Assembly: GCA_017560255.1 (NCBI GenBank)
Contig: JAFYOI010000056.1
Coordinates: 46,639 to 110,638, forward strand
Origin: Clostridia bacterium
GTDB taxonomy: Bacteria; Bacillota; Clostridia; Oscillospirales; Acutalibacteraceae
DNA length: 64,000 nt
Direction of reading: 5' to 3'
Shown: in pieces, positions 62,976 through 64,000 of the stretch
Layout: every line of letters begins with the position of its first letter
Numbering within the stretch: the stretch's first letter is position 1
Program-made: the position numbers and the translations under genes
Notes under the pieces: generated by a model
What the model saw: only the letters and a program-made list of their open reading frames with translations
The model's database searches: none
Told to the model about the DNA's origin: nothing

Positions 62976-64000
62976 TTACCCCTTGGCTTCGTGCCACGTT
63001 TTTCCTATATTTGCCTGCGCTTCAAGTTTTACCTTCATCTGCGCAGCGTTTTCCATCTCCTGTGTGAGAATTTCACGGACTTTCAAAGCCTCACTTTCAG
63101 GCGCTTCAACAATCAATTCATCGTGCACCTGCATTATAAGACGGGCTTTGAGCCCCTCTGCTTTGAGTCTGCGATAAACTTTTATCATCGCAATTTTCAT
63201 TATATCAGCGGCGGTACCCTGAATGGGCATATTCCTTGCAACTCTCTCACCGAATGAACGTAAATTAAAGTTTGATGATGCGAGTTCGGGCAAATATCTG
63301 CGCCTGCCGAATTTTGTTTCAACGTAGCCGTCGGCCTTTGCCTTTTCAACAACTCTTTGCATATATTCATCGACACCTTTGTAATGGGCGAGATAATTTT
63401 TGATATACTTATCCGCTTGTGCAACGGAGACCCCGATATCCTTGGAAAGTGAAAACGCTCCGATTCCGTAAACGATGCCGAAGTTGACCGCCTTTGCCCT
63501 GCCACGCATTTCGGGCGTTACGAAAAGCGGTGGGATATTGAACACCTGCGAAGCGGTGATAAGGTGAATATCATCCCCGTTGTTGAACGCATCGAGCATA
63601 ACTTCATCATCCGCAATATCCGCAAGCACGCGCAGTTCAATCTGTGAATAGTCCGAGTCGACAAGCACGCAATCTTTCTTCGCTCTGAAAAACTTGCGCA
63701 TCTGACTGCCGAGTTCACTTCTTACGGGAATATTCTGCAAATTCGGCTCGGTTGAGGAAATTCTGCCCGTCCTTGTTTCTGTCTGGTTAAAAGTTGAGTG
63801 AATTCTGCCGTCGGATGCGATAACTTTCAAAAGTCCGTCGCAATACGTTGATTTCAGTTTTGCAAGTTGGCGATACTGCAGAATTCTGCTGACAATCGGG
63901 TAATCGAGTGCAAGTCCCTCAAGCACCTGCGCGTTAGTTGAAAATCCCGTTTTTGTCTTCTTAGGAGGCTTTATTCCAAGGTGAACAAAAAGCACCTCTC
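62976..64000 (-). CDS. polA: DNA polymerase I, C-terminal polymerase domain (5' part beyond the right window edge)
   Basis: Family A motifs RISSTEPNLQNIP, DYSQIELRVLA and QVHDELIVE. The ORF is open to the window end. Confidence 0.95.
   Translation of the reverse strand, partial: EVLFVHLGIKPPKKTKTGFSTNAQVLEGLALDYPIVSRILQYRQLAKLKSTYCDGLLKVIASDGRIHSTFNQTETRTGRISSTEPNLQNIPVRSELGSQMRKFFRAKKDCVLVDSDYSQIELRVLADIADDEVMLDAFNNGDDIHLITASQVFNIPPLFVTPEMRGRAKAVNFGIVYGIGAFSLSKDIGVSVAQADKYIKNYLAHYKGVDEYMQRVVEKAKADGYVETKFGRRRYLPELASSNFNLRSFGERVARNMPIQGTAADIMKIAMIKVYRRLKAEGLKARLIMQVHDELIVEAPESEALKVREILTQEMENAAQMKVKLEAQANIGKTWHEAKG

Overview
Chromosomal window with about 60 protein genes and 1 tRNA, from a spore-forming, Clostridia-type Firmicute. 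Lineage markers are ylmC/ymxH, yunB, DUF1934-argS, HemZ, type III glutamine synthetase and PduL. Content is mostly housekeeping: glycogen synthesis (glgC, glgB); a zur-znuACB-type zinc uptake operon; ilvBNC; peptidoglycan precursor genes (ddl, murI, murA); argS and alaS; rpsB-tsf; an amino-acid ABC importer; the hemZ/MBL/dtd/relA/recJ block; yunB; Toprim/holA/comEC; DnaD- and DnaI-like loader genes; tRNA-Arg(ACG); rluA-family; glnN; a GntR-ABC module; yitT; tsaD-rimI; and the 3' part of polA. I found no rRNA, CRISPR array, transposase, integrase, or recognisable defence or toxin gene, so I cannot point to a clear novel multi-gene system. The observations most worth a second look are non-coding. 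(1) A dyad-symmetric array of six 9-12 nt motifs, each abutting a different small hairpin, lies just downstream of tRNA-Arg. (2) A 24-nt duplication of the tRNA 3' end, resembling an att scar, lies beside that array. (3) A roughly 55-nt element occurs twice in the window, each time starting in the U-tract of an intrinsic terminator. Protein-level oddities are a circularly permuted amino-acid-binding lipoprotein, a DHHW-MBOAT-DHHW O-acyltransferase operon, a small XRE + DUF2493/SLOG islet with palindromic operators, and tandem esterase paralogs. All functional calls come from by-eye motif and family recognition; no database search was run.
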